A stretch of DNA of 64,000 bases from a virus: positions 1-64,000 of IMG/VR virus record IMGVR_UViG_3300005468_000016, one strand, 5' to 3'. A program made the translations under genes and the position numbers. Position 1 is the first letter of the stretch. Every line of letters starts with the position of its first letter. Below the pieces are notes generated by a model that worked only from the letters and a program-made list of their open reading frames with translations, did no database searches and was not told where the DNA came from. Below, piece by piece: positions 9,999-19,317 of the stretch.

Positions 9999-11074
9999 GA
10001 CCGCACCGCCAGCGACTCGGCGATCAGGTCCATGCACAGTTCATTGATGGCCTTGCGATCGGGCGCATGCGGAAGCGTCGAGGTCTTGTAAAGCTCATCC
10101 ATCCGTGCATCCTGTTCCTTGGCCCAGCCGATCAGGCGCTCGTAAGACCATGCCCCGCCGCGAATCGCGAGCAGTTCCTGCGCATTCGGCCGGCGCACAT
10201 GGACCTCGCCCGTAGTTAGGATCTCCTCGCACATCTGCATGAGACGAACGAGGTGCATCCCGTGTTTCGTGTCATAGCCATGCTGGCGCTCAAGTTCCGC
10301 CCTGGCCTCATTGCGCCCGCTCTGCCACTGCCGGTAAGCGTCCCACTCGCGGCGCTTGGTGATGTAGTGCCGCTCACGGTCGAGCAGGTCGAGAAAGTTG
10401 GAATCAAGGCCCAGCACGCGCCCCGCGGCGAGCATTCTCTCATCGTCGGTCGCCGCTTTGATCTCGGTCAGGGTCTTGACGACGTTGTCGCGCATTTCGA
10501 TCTGCGCGGCGGGGTCGAGCACGTCCACGCCAAAAGTTGGTAGCGCGTTCTCCCAGGCTTCCACTTGCTTGCGCATGATCGCTTCTGCGGCGGCAAGTTG
10601 ATCCTTGGGAATCACAGTGCGCTCGGGGAGGCCGAAGTCTGCGCGGACGGGTGGCGCTTCGGGTGGATTCAGCAGCCATCGCCGATGGCTCTCGATGCGC
10701 TTCATCTGCGACATCGCGTAGCCCGAAAAAGTGAACTTGGCCTTCTTGCTCATGAACATCCGTCGGGCCGCGCGTAGTCTCTGCCCCAAGGGCGTGACCG
10801 TGATCACGTCCGCATCGTCGGTAAAGACAATCTCGATGATGTTCGGGTTGCAGTCAGCAGCGAGGGCCAGATACTTCCGGAGTTCATAGACAACGACATC
10901 TGGATCGCCCTTCTGTTCGTACTGCTCGACGCGGTTCATCCCGAGGACGCAATCGCGCGGCGGCACCATCACGCCACGAACATCGCGGTCAGAGGTGGGC
11001 GTAGCAGTCCCGTAGGCGTGGCTGCCCGCGTTCACAAGCAGGATGGTGTTGGCATCGACGGTGCTACGCTCCAT
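9995..11074 (-). CDS. Pol-beta superfamily nucleotidyltransferase (PF10127 / RlaP-YcgL-like)
   Basis: GSHAYGTATPTSDRDVRG, CNPNIIE, FSGYA..Q, GYDTKHGMHLVRL, LLAIRGG, STLPHAPD. Confidence 0.9.
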   Translation of the reverse strand: MERSTVDANTILLVNAGSHAYGTATPTSDRDVRGVMVPPRDCVLGMNRVEQYEQKGDPDVVVYELRKYLALAADCNPNIIEIVFTDDADVITVTPLGQRLRAARRMFMSKKAKFTFSGYAMSQMKRIESHRRWLLNPPEAPPVRADFGLPERTVIPKDQLAAAEAIMRKQVEAWENALPTFGVDVLDPAAQIEMRDNVVKTLTEIKAATDDERMLAAGRVLGLDSNFLDLLDRERHYITKRREWDAYRQWQSGRNEARAELERQHGYDTKHGMHLVRLMQMCEEILTTGEVHVRRPNAQELLAIRGGAWSYERLIGWAKEQDARMDELYKTSTLPHAPDRKAINELCMDLIAESLAVRS

Positions 11075-12281
11075 GTTCGACCTCGCTTCCAAGTGCGCGG
11101 GTTATCGCTGCCGCCCGACGAGCGCGGATGTGTAGCCCGATGTCGGGACCTACAAGGCTCTCGGGAATCTCACCGATCGCCGTCTCTCTCACGACCTTAG
11201 CGAGCGACCGCAGCAGCGCCGGGCCGTTGCTGTTCTTGGCGGGGATGCGTCCAAGTCCATCGGCTTCTGCGACATCGGCCAGCCCTTCCGCTTTCAGGAT
11301 GCCGCGATCCGCCGCGATGATGATGTCCACCTTGCGCGTGTTCCGCATTTCTGCGAACCGATGGACATTCAGGTGTTCGGCGCTGGCCAAGCAGCAGGCA
11401 CTTCGCAATTGCTTCGGCAACCCCAGACGCTCACACAGGGCCATGATGGGTTCTGTGCCCGCGTCTTCGTGGCCAAGGTGGCGCGGTAGCAGTTCGGGCG
11501 CAGTCTTGGCCTTGCCGAGATCATGCAGCAGCGCCGCGACCCGCACATTGACATCCTGGGATAGTCGCGCCGCTTCGCGCAGGACCATCAGGGTATGTGT
11601 CAGGGCATCACCTTCGCCGTGATGCTGCGGCGGTCCAGCCGGAACACCGGCAAGGTCCGCAAGTTCGCCGAAATGGATGTCAAGGTTCCAGGTGTCGCGC
11701 AGAAGTTCGATGAACCGATGCGGCTGGGCGCTGGCCATCGCCCGCAAGAACTCAACCCGTACCCGCTCTCTGGACTCCCCGGCGATCTCGTCGCGAGGCA
11801 TGTTCTTGCAGAGTTCGACGGTTTCCCCGGCTACATCGAAGCCTAACTGCGCGGCGAACCTGGCCAGTCGGTAGATGCGCAGAGGATCGTCTGAGAACGC
11901 GGCGCTCGTATGCCGAAGCATGCGGTTCGTGAGGTCCTGCGCGCCATTGAACGGGTCGTGAAGATCGCCGTTCTCATCGATCGCCATCGCGTTGATGGTC
12001 AGGTCGCGCCGAGACAGGTCTTGCTCTAGCGTTACCTCGGGTCCGAACTCGACGGAAAAGCCCTGATGTCCGCGCCCCGTCTTCGTCTCCCGGCGGGCCA
12101 GCGCGACCTCGCCAACGTCCGGCACAAGATAAACCGGAAACGCTTTGCCGACGCATTGAGCCGACGGCCAGCGCTGCATGATATCGGCCTCGGTTGCGCC
12201 CACGGCGAGGAAATCCTTATCCTTCGCCTCTCGACCGAGCAAACGATCGCGGACGGCGCCACCGACAAGGTAGAGTTTCAC
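11064..12281 (-). CDS. cca: Multifunctional CCA-adding tRNA nucleotidyltransferase with HD phosphatase domain
   Basis: YLVGGAVRD..LG...KDKD, ALAR.E.K.GRGH.GF, DLSRRDLTINAMA, DDPLRIYRLARF, HH.EGD...HT, LLHDLGK. Confidence 0.95.
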   Translation of the reverse strand: MKLYLVGGAVRDRLLGREAKDKDFLAVGATEADIMQRWPSAQCVGKAFPVYLVPDVGEVALARRETKTGRGHQGFSVEFGPEVTLEQDLSRRDLTINAMAIDENGDLHDPFNGAQDLTNRMLRHTSAAFSDDPLRIYRLARFAAQLGFDVAGETVELCKNMPRDEIAGESRERVRVEFLRAMASAQPHRFIELLRDTWNLDIHFGELADLAGVPAGPPQHHGEGDALTHTLMVLREAARLSQDVNVRVAALLHDLGKAKTAPELLPRHLGHEDAGTEPIMALCERLGLPKQLRSACCLASAEHLNVHRFAEMRNTRKVDIIIAADRGILKAEGLADVAEADGLGRIPAKNSNGPALLRSLAKVVRETAIGEIPESLVGPDIGLHIRARRAAAITRALGSEVEHGA

Positions 12282-12469
12282 GACCGCACCGCCTGCCGCT
12301 TCGGCTTCGATTCGCCGACGATCTGCGCCCTGGCGATCTTCCACGCGGTGGCAACAAGCGACGAGTAACTGCGCCCTTGCTGTAGTTTGGAGACGGCCTT
12401 GATATCTTTTTCGACATCAGGGGGAAGTCGGAGGTTCATGGTGATGTTCCCTAGTTGCTTGCGACCCAT
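12278..12469 (-). CDS. Small RHH-type protein (TIGR04563-like), third paralog
   Basis: MNLRLPPDVEKDIKAVS...RSYSSLVATAWKIARAQI; the start may be the internal Met. Confidence 0.7.
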   Translation of the reverse strand: MGRKQLGNITMNLRLPPDVEKDIKAVSKLQQGRSYSSLVATAWKIARAQIVGESKPKRQAVRS

Positions 12470-12496
12470 GATGCACCGTTGCGCCATCAGGCGCAA
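12467..12496 (-). promoter_or_regulatory. Putative promoter with palindromic operator for the cca operon
   Basis: TTGCGC-17-CATCAT; perfect palindrome TTGCGCC-ATCA-GGCGCAA (12479-12496). Confidence 0.55.
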
Positions 12497-12530
12497 GAAA
12501 AAAGATCGTCATCTCCGCCAGCGTCGGCGG

Positions 12531-13007
12531 TTAAGGGGAATCTGGCAACTCGGCGTCATATTTCACGCGTGCCATCTTCTCCATGCACTCGGGCAGTCGA
12601 GCCAGCCAGCCCTTGTGAGGTCCGTCGGTGTGGCGTTCTAAGATGCGCCCGCGTCCTCGGGGACCAAACAGGACACACACCGACCGCCCATCCAGCGACT
12701 GGGCCAGGAACCGACAACACATCGGCGGCGCCATGAGAGCGCATGTCGTATCGCCAGCGCCCCGGAGAACCAGCGGGGCCGAGTTAGCCAGGTTTGCCAC
12801 CCTGGTCAGTCCACCGCGTCGCCCAATCTCGGCCATGTGGGCGCGATCCTGCGAACAGGCAGCGCCGCCCAGTCGCCCAGCTTCGCGGGCAGCGTCAAGA
12901 TCCCATTCGTGCGCCTTGCCCATGGTGTGAGCCGCCCGCCCGCCTTGTGATGCAATGGCGGCGCGTTGCTCTGGCGACATGACGGCGAATCCGCGGGGCT
13001 TGCTCAC
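12531..13007 (-). CDS. KGG-repeat stress-induced protein fused to a Cys-containing C-terminal region
   Basis: RGFAVMSPEQRAAIASQGG, AREAGRLGG, HMAEIGRRGG repeats. Confidence 0.8.
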   Translation of the reverse strand: MSKPRGFAVMSPEQRAAIASQGGRAAHTMGKAHEWDLDAAREAGRLGGAACSQDRAHMAEIGRRGGLTRVANLANSAPLVLRGAGDTTCALMAPPMCCRFLAQSLDGRSVCVLFGPRGRGRILERHTDGPHKGWLARLPECMEKMARVKYDAELPDSP

Positions 13008-13323
13008 GACCGCTCCCCGTAATAATCGATCGTCGGCGGCAGGATGTGGATGTAACGCCCCGCGACTTGGATCGGGTCCGGAAATTCTTGAACGCGCTTG
13101 CCAGTGTAGCCGCACTCGCGACAGCCCCCCGATCCATGAGAGCATCCCCCAAATTCGCTGCAATCACATGAGCAGCCCGAGCATGCGAGCGTGCATCGTT
13201 CCCGCGTAGCCAACTCGCCATCGAAGCCTAGTTCGTACACCTTGCGCCAGTCGAGCCGATGCCGCAGAACCGCCCGCCGAATCTTGGCGCGGACGGGGCC
13301 TTTCGCGGCGATGCGGACGTGGG

Positions 13324-13617
13324 TCATGGCCCGACTCCGATGGGCAGCAGAGGCTGAACGCCTTCCCGCTTGGCCACGGCAGCAACCGCCGCATGGAGCG
13401 CCAGAAGATATTCCTGAGTCGGCCGCTTGTCCCGTTCCTGCCCTGGTCGAAAGTGCCGCCAGATCGCGCGCTGTTCCGCGACTGGGACCATGCGCCAGTG
13501 CCGAGAGCACATCAGGAACGCGGGCGCCACCGGCTTATCGCAGCCCTGCGCGTGGCACTTGTGCGTGCCGTCGTGGCCTCGGGCGGCTTGGGTGCGGACG
13601 TAGTTAGCCTTGCTCAT
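13324..13617 (-). CDS. Conserved phage Zn-binding hypothetical protein
   Basis: HKCHAQGC....P.FLMCSRHWRMVP. Confidence 0.7.
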   Translation of the reverse strand: MSKANYVRTQAARGHDGTHKCHAQGCDKPVAPAFLMCSRHWRMVPVAEQRAIWRHFRPGQERDKRPTQEYLLALHAAVAAVAKREGVQPLLPIGVGP

Positions 13618-13622
13618 GCGTC

Positions 13623-14006
13623 TTAATCTCCCACCTTGTGCCAGTTATCGATCGCCGAGAAATCCAGCGCCGTCACGAACATGGTTTCCGACGCGGTTGC
13701 AAGCGCCAGGCACCGAAGCCGAAGCGCGCGATCGTACTGTTCCTCGCAGGCAACCGTCGGCATGTGGACACGCATTGCGCTGTCGATGCCGCCGTCTTGC
13801 ATTTCAGCCCGCGCCTGCTCGCGAGTCAGTGTGCGTTTCCAGATTCCGCAGATTCCCCGCGCTTGCTCGGCGATGTATTCGTCGAGGACTTTGTTTAGTT
13901 CGCGGGTCCGCCTTGCCTCAATGGCCATGATGCACTCGGCGGCGGCGGCAAGAACCTTGGCCGTCGAGAGTTCGGCGTAGCTGTGGCCGCTGCAATCGGT
14001 GCTCAT
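13623..14006 (-). CDS. Hypothetical protein
   Basis: Translationally coupled ORF within the operon. Confidence 0.6.
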   Translation of the reverse strand: MSTDCSGHSYAELSTAKVLAAAAECIMAIEARRTRELNKVLDEYIAEQARGICGIWKRTLTREQARAEMQDGGIDSAMRVHMPTVACEEQYDRALRLRCLALATASETMFVTALDFSAIDNWHKVGD

Positions 14007-14356
14007 GATTGCGTCGCCACCTCTCCAGAGAACGCCCTCCTGGCCTTCATGGACTCCAGCATCGGCCGCCAGCGGTCGCCTTCATCGTCCTCGGATATGC
14101 ACTCGCTGAGCATGTTGTAGAAATTGTCCGGCGTCGGTGACATGCCATCGTGAGCGTCGGCAAACTCGGCCCGATCTTTCTCGCAGGCCAAGCAGAGACG
14201 GTTTGATGTGATGTTCCCGTCGTATTTCGAGAAGTGCTTGATATAGCGTTCGCCGGGTTTGATCTCACCATCGCACGATGAGCAGAACTTCCGGGTGCGC
14301 GCCGTGTGCTCGGTTTCGCTCCAAATCTCTGCGTATTCTAGATCGATGTAGCACAT
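14003..14356 (-). CDS. Zn-ribbon phage protein
   Basis: ART...CSSC...IKPGERY...CLAC. Confidence 0.7.
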   Translation of the reverse strand: MCYIDLEYAEIWSETEHTARTRKFCSSCDGEIKPGERYIKHFSKYDGNITSNRLCLACEKDRAEFADAHDGMSPTPDNFYNMLSECISEDDEGDRWRPMLESMKARRAFSGEVATQS

Positions 14357-14754
14357 GATCCGCCTCTAACCTCCCTGACTTCGATGCCGGCCGCCCGCGC
14401 GATCTTGACCATCCCCGCGGTACCAACGCCGCCCTCGAACGCGACGACCATATCGAGCACGCCCCGGAACTCGTCGAGCATCTCTTGGTTCCTGAGCATG
14501 CCGGCGCGTCGGCCAAGATTCGCCCAGTCGGCCGGACGTTGATGGGATTGAACGCCCCGAGCAAGACACCAATCGTCAGCGAGCCGGTCGGCGCCCTTCA
14601 TCTTGTTCTGATCCATGCGGTTTCGGTCCATTCCGCACGCCCCATGCACCACGACATCCGGCTTGATCTCGTCGAGAGTCCGATACACAAGCGCGCGATC
14701 GGCGAAGTCGCGACCGCCGCAGACCAGGATGGTGATGGGTTTGGTTGTGCTCAT
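14338..14754 (-). CDS. SLOG family protein (YspA/DUF2493-like)
   Basis: ILVCGGRDF, VVHGA...GADRLA..W, ADW..LGRRAG..RNQEM, AFEGGVGT..M. Confidence 0.88.
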   Translation of the reverse strand: MSTTKPITILVCGGRDFADRALVYRTLDEIKPDVVVHGACGMDRNRMDQNKMKGADRLADDWCLARGVQSHQRPADWANLGRRAGMLRNQEMLDEFRGVLDMVVAFEGGVGTAGMVKIARAAGIEVREVRGGSCATSI

Positions 14755-15167
14755 AACGCCATCGCCTCCAGGCGTGCGAGCGCTTCGGGACGGAACCATT
14801 CTCCACTGAGGCGGAGATCGCTTAGTTCGCGATGCAGTTTGCGTTCAAGTTGAGAGCCGCCCTGGCGCGTCCATAGCACCGTCAGTGGATACGGATTAGA
14901 GGTCTGAATGGCGCGAACCCGAGCGCTCAGGTTATCGGTGATACCGATCTTGATCGGGCCAGCATCCGCTTGACGAATGCAGTAGACGATTTGATTCGGC
15001 CTGGCTGGGCCAGGAGTCTTGCCGCTGGCTTGGGCGGCTCTCAGGCGCAAGCAACGCTTACAGGTCACCCGAGCGATATCGTGCGAGAGATAATGAGACA
15101 TCCCGCACAGCGAGCGTATGCTTCCAGGGCGGAAGCCGTAATGAATGATGCGCCGATTGATATTCAT
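14751..15167 (-). CDS. GIY-YIG (T5orf172-like) protein
   Basis: VYCIRQ..AGPIKIGIT...RV..IQTSNP...E.KLH......GEWF. Confidence 0.85.
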   Translation of the reverse strand: MNINRRIIHYGFRPGSIRSLCGMSHYLSHDIARVTCKRCLRLRAAQASGKTPGPARPNQIVYCIRQADAGPIKIGITDNLSARVRAIQTSNPYPLTVLWTRQGGSQLERKLHRELSDLRLSGEWFRPEALARLEAMAL

Positions 15168-15594
15168 TCGCCGGACTCCTGCGCGCGTTCGTGGGCGTCA
15201 ACCTCGGCCGGCGTCGGCAGCCAGGGAGGGTCCGAGAACTCCGTCAACTCCGCGAGCAACTCAGCGCCCGCTTTCGTGGCCGCGTCGATTTCTTTCCGGG
15301 TCCAATACTGGCGGCGGGCCAAGAGGACGCCATCGCCCGAGCAGACATCATCACCGCGTTCCTGCGCGACCTTGAGTAACTCCGCCTTGAGTTCAGCCGC
15401 CGCCGTGGTCGTGGTATGACAGTTGAGACACCCACGGCACGGGCGAAGACGCTGGCCGAGTCGATAACGCGCTTGCAACGGAGCCACCGCGCCAGGAAGC
15501 CAAGGGCGGTGAGGATCTTCGCCGCGGGCCAGCAACTCAACCCTGATGGCTCTCTTGCGCGAACCTTGGCTCATGCCAATCAACGAACTGGGGG

Positions 15595-16119
15595 TCATGG
15601 CTGCTCCTGCGGCAGCGGATAGATCCGCCCGAGACGCCCGTGTCTTCCGCGCTTGCGCATGTCTTCCATGTTGTCCTGATGAGTCCCCAGACGCAGATGA
15701 TCTGGACGAACGCAATGCCGAACATCACAGGAATGCAGCACCAACAGGTTGCCCGGAATCGGTCCATGAGTCAGAATGTAGGCCATCCGATGCGCGAGCA
15801 GGCCATGGCGCGTATAGAGCCCATATCCATCGGCATTCGGTTTGCCATGCCAGAGCCAGCATCCCTTGTCGCTCTTTTCGACCTTTTTCCAGAATAGTTC
15901 TCCGCGCAGCGCAAGTTGATATGGTGCGTGCGCCCTCAGTGATCGTATCGCTGCGCGGCTATATCCTGGAATCTCGATCGCGCCGATACGAAAGCGTTCT
16001 AACTGCGAAAGTGCGGTCTTTGCTGCCTCAATCGCCTCAGTAGTTGGCTCGCAATCCACATCGATCTGAAGGGTGATACTAATGCGATGCCGTCGCTGAT
16101 TAACTGTTTTGGTTGGCAT
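15595..16119 (-). CDS. HNH endonuclease
   Basis: FWKKV...GCWLWHG...GYG...AHRMAY...VLHSCDVRHCVRPDHLRLGTHQDNMEDM. Confidence 0.92.
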   Translation of the reverse strand: MPTKTVNQRRHRISITLQIDVDCEPTTEAIEAAKTALSQLERFRIGAIEIPGYSRAAIRSLRAHAPYQLALRGELFWKKVEKSDKGCWLWHGKPNADGYGLYTRHGLLAHRMAYILTHGPIPGNLLVLHSCDVRHCVRPDHLRLGTHQDNMEDMRKRGRHGRLGRIYPLPQEQP

Positions 16120-16169
16120 TGTCTTATATCTCAACTTTCCGCAACCACTTCCGCCATCTGCGCCTGCCG

Positions 16170-16580
16170 TTACTCGCCGGCATTCATCACCCCACGAACC
16201 TGTCCCCAATTGCGCTCAGCAATGGCCCGCGATTCTTTCGGATGTAGGACTTGACAGGGAAGTTCTGGGACGCGCCCATAGTCCCTGCATGCCCGCGGCC
16301 TCGCTTCGTAAATCGAGCACCGGCCATCTTTCAGAAACGCGCAGGTAATGCCATCCGCGCCAACCACCAAAGAGCCGCTTCCGCCACCAAACATAGCCTT
16401 GATAGGAAGACCCGAGAGCACCCTGGCGCCCGATGGATAACTGCCGCCGTTCGCGAGCCGAGCCTGTCGAAGTTCTGAAGCCGTGAAGGGCGCGAACGTA
16501 CAGCACTTCCCGCCGCAGGAGTGGCACGGAAGCCGCTCGGATTGAAGGACGGTCAGAGATAACTTACTGCCCGACATCAA
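16170..16580 (-). CDS. YkgJ family Cys-cluster protein
   Basis: CHSCGGKCC ... CAFL...RCSIYEARPRACRDY. Confidence 0.88.
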   Translation of the reverse strand: MMSGSKLSLTVLQSERLPCHSCGGKCCTFAPFTASELRQARLANGGSYPSGARVLSGLPIKAMFGGGSGSLVVGADGITCAFLKDGRCSIYEARPRACRDYGRVPELPCQVLHPKESRAIAERNWGQVRGVMNAGE

Positions 16581-16932
16581 CGACCTCCACCGGCTTGTCA
16601 GAGTTCTTCGGCACGATCACGCTAAAGTGCCGGTCGCCGAGATGGAGATCGTAGACGAAACTGCCGACGGCGCTCATTAACTCCATCTGGAACCAACTCC
16701 CGATCACGACCTCATCCACGGTGCCGTCTGCGTCGCAGGTCACGCGGTTGAGGTGGGCGGTGCGTTTAGACATCATCCGCCTCCGACCCGCCCGCGAAAC
16801 TCAGCGGCCTCTCGGGTTCTACCGGCCACAGCCATTCAATCACGAACCCGAGGCCGGCGAGCACGGACAGCAGGAACAACGTCACCGCCCACGGGAAGGC
16901 GCGCGGATAGAGCGTGGCGAGATCGCGGAGGG

Positions 16933-17304
16933 TCATGGCTGTCTCCGCGGCGCGCATGGTTTGCCATGAGAGCGCTCTTTTTGTGGTTCCCCGCAGTCAG
17001 AGCATGACCCATCTGCGCGCGGCTTATACGAATGATGAAAACAGCCGCATTCGTCGCAGCGGTCCACATGCCATGGCTTGTCGAGTTCGTTCTCTCTGAC
17101 GTGGACGGAACTGTCTCCAATGTTCGCTGCCCGCGACAGCCTGCTGTCGATATTCATCCTGGCTTCTAAGCGATAATCCTCAAAGAGATGCTCCGCGATC
17201 TCTTCGCGCGTCAGATCGCGAGTGATGTATTTATCGACGACACTAGACCAGATGCGAAACCGCTTGCCATCTGGAGTATTCCGGCAGTGGATTGTTTGTC
17301 CCAT
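16933..17304 (-). CDS. Hypothetical protein
   Basis: RIWSSVVD motif and C-terminal Cys pairs. Confidence 0.6.
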   Translation of the reverse strand: MGQTIHCRNTPDGKRFRIWSSVVDKYITRDLTREEIAEHLFEDYRLEARMNIDSRLSRAANIGDSSVHVRENELDKPWHVDRCDECGCFHHSYKPRADGSCSDCGEPQKERSHGKPCAPRRQP

Positions 17305-17335
17305 GTCCCAACCTCACCACGCCTCGATTCAGCGG

Positions 17336-17575
17336 TCAAGTAAAATCGACAGCACTTCGTTTTTTCCTGGGGCTTGAATCCTTCGCGCCGACGGGCCTGC
17401 CACCGCGCCGCCCTTTCAACTCGATGCCCTCTGCGAAAGCGATCTTGCTGACCAGGGCGGGGGACAGGCCAAGTTGCGGGAGTTCGGATCTCACTTCGGC
17501 GATCGTGAAACCAGCGATGAGAAGCTCCCCGATGCGCTTCCGGAGTTCGTCCGAGAGTTTGGCGACGGCGGTCAT
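17336..17575 (-). CDS. Putative HTH DNA-binding protein with AT-hook-like tail
   Basis: HTH-like helices followed by GGRPVGAKDSSPRKKR. Confidence 0.55.
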   Translation of the reverse strand: MTAVAKLSDELRKRIGELLIAGFTIAEVRSELPQLGLSPALVSKIAFAEGIELKGRRGGRPVGAKDSSPRKKRSAVDFT

Positions 17576-17833
17576 GACAACAGCCACTCCCGCGCCGACT
17601 TGCTGAACGAGATACGCTCATGCCTGCGCAGACGCTGGAGTGCCTTATCAAGCGTCCGCTCTTGATGGAGAGCCAGGCCAAGGGCGTCTCTCAGGTCAGA
17701 GAACGTCGCCGGGCCATTGTGGAGTCGGTCGAGGATCTGCTGTTCGATGTCTTCATTGGTCATCGGGTTCTCCCGTGGATGTAGGGGCAGCCGCAGTTGA
17801 CGCACTCGCACACGTCGCAGAATACAGCTTGGC

Positions 17834-18799
17834 TCACGGCTCGTCCTTGGGCGGGAGCTTGGCCCTGACTTCCCTGGTCTTCTGTAGCCAAGCCGCGACG
17901 CTGTAACGGTCGGAGTTGGCCTCGTATAACTCGCAGAAGAACCGCGTCATGTCCACGACCTGCATCGCATCGGCGAGTTTGGTGCGGAGGGAGTCCTGTT
18001 CCTGCCACAGGGCTTGTTTGTCGCGGTTGGCGCACTGTTGGAGTAATTTCAGACATGCCACGCACTTATTGCAGCCAACCACTGGAATCGGTTGGTTGCG
18101 TCTGTGACCATCGCAGGCCAGCAGACGATCGCACTCACTCTCAAAGTGGTCTCGTTGTGCCGCGAGCACTTCACATCTGTTATGAAGCGCACGCGCATTG
18201 AGGGTCGCGCGTTCCATCTCAGCATCCCGCTCGGCCAGCTTCGCGGTCAGGGCGTCGTACCGTTCATGCCAGCGCTTAATGGTTGCTCGAAATCTCTTGT
18301 CTCTCTCTTCTGATTCGACGACCGTCGCGGTCAGGGCGGCGTTCTCAGTTTGCAGATCGGATGTGTCCGCGTCGGATTCAAGAATTTCCCAGCGTTGGTT
18401 ACGCCCGCCACCCCAATTGTTTCGATGCTCGCCAGGATGCCCGGCCTTCAGGCAGCAACAGGTGTGATCTTCTCCGTCTTCTGAGTACGTATATGGACAC
18501 TGCGTATCGCCTGCGCTGACATTACAGGCCCATGCTAGCACCTCCACCTCCGACCACGGCACGGGCTTAGCGTCGCGCGTGGGGCGCCACGAATGCTCGT
18601 TTAACTGCGTGCGTGCCGGTGAATAGGAATCGTGCTCAGCGTTGCCGAACCTGACGTAATGCTTGCCGTCGAGCAAGCGCAGGCTCATGCAGTGATTACC
18701 GCTGCCGTCCGCGCAACGCACTTCCCACGTATGCGGCCACACCTCGACGAGGTTCGCAGGCGGTAGGCCGGGGCGGAATTCGCAACCTGCTACGTACAC
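17834..18799 (-). CDS. Hypothetical coiled-coil protein
   Basis: 321-aa ORF coupled to its neighbours. Confidence 0.6.
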   Translation of the reverse strand: MYVAGCEFRPGLPPANLVEVWPHTWEVRCADGSGNHCMSLRLLDGKHYVRFGNAEHDSYSPARTQLNEHSWRPTRDAKPVPWSEVEVLAWACNVSAGDTQCPYTYSEDGEDHTCCCLKAGHPGEHRNNWGGGRNQRWEILESDADTSDLQTENAALTATVVESEERDKRFRATIKRWHERYDALTAKLAERDAEMERATLNARALHNRCEVLAAQRDHFESECDRLLACDGHRRNQPIPVVGCNKCVACLKLLQQCANRDKQALWQEQDSLRTKLADAMQVVDMTRFFCELYEANSDRYSVAAWLQKTREVRAKLPPKDEP

Positions 18800-19317
18800 A
18801 TGTCACCTCGGATCCGGACAAGAGAGATAAGGTTCGCCGTGAGTTCGTCGCGCATCCGGTCCTCCTCTTCCCCGAAAGCATGGATGTATTCTTCATATGT
18901 CGCATACGCCGTCTCGACGATCCCGCGAGAGGTTAGGTATCCCTCTTCGTCTTTGTAATATGGCAGATAGACCGTATTCCACCATTCATAAAGGCGATTG
19001 AGTTCGATCGCGAAAATGGTCTGCCTGCGCATGGACCGCTTATCGAAAGCCTGCGGATCTCCGGACTCGTCGCATTCAGCGTCAGTATACTTGTCCGCGC
19101 CCTCGAAATAGTTGGCCTTGATGCCGTCCTCTTTCTCGACGAAATCACATAGGACCTGAAACATAACATGCGGCAGAAGCTGACAACGGTCTACCCAGGT
19201 CGGCGGCAGATGCTTGGCCTTGACGACGTTGTAGCGATGCCACACGAGACAGCGGAGATAGTACCAGCCGTCGGTGATGCGCCGCCAGAGACGGGAGAGA
19301 CTCGGTACTGCGCTCAC
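18790..19317 (-). CDS. Conserved phage hypothetical protein
   Basis: W.D....L.H.MFQ.L.DFVE.E ... LYEWW ... L..LV.IR..M pattern. Confidence 0.7.
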   Translation of the reverse strand: MSAVPSLSRLWRRITDGWYYLRCLVWHRYNVVKAKHLPPTWVDRCQLLPHVMFQVLCDFVEKEDGIKANYFEGADKYTDAECDESGDPQAFDKRSMRRQTIFAIELNRLYEWWNTVYLPYYKDEEGYLTSRGIVETAYATYEEYIHAFGEEEDRMRDELTANLISLVRIRGDMCT

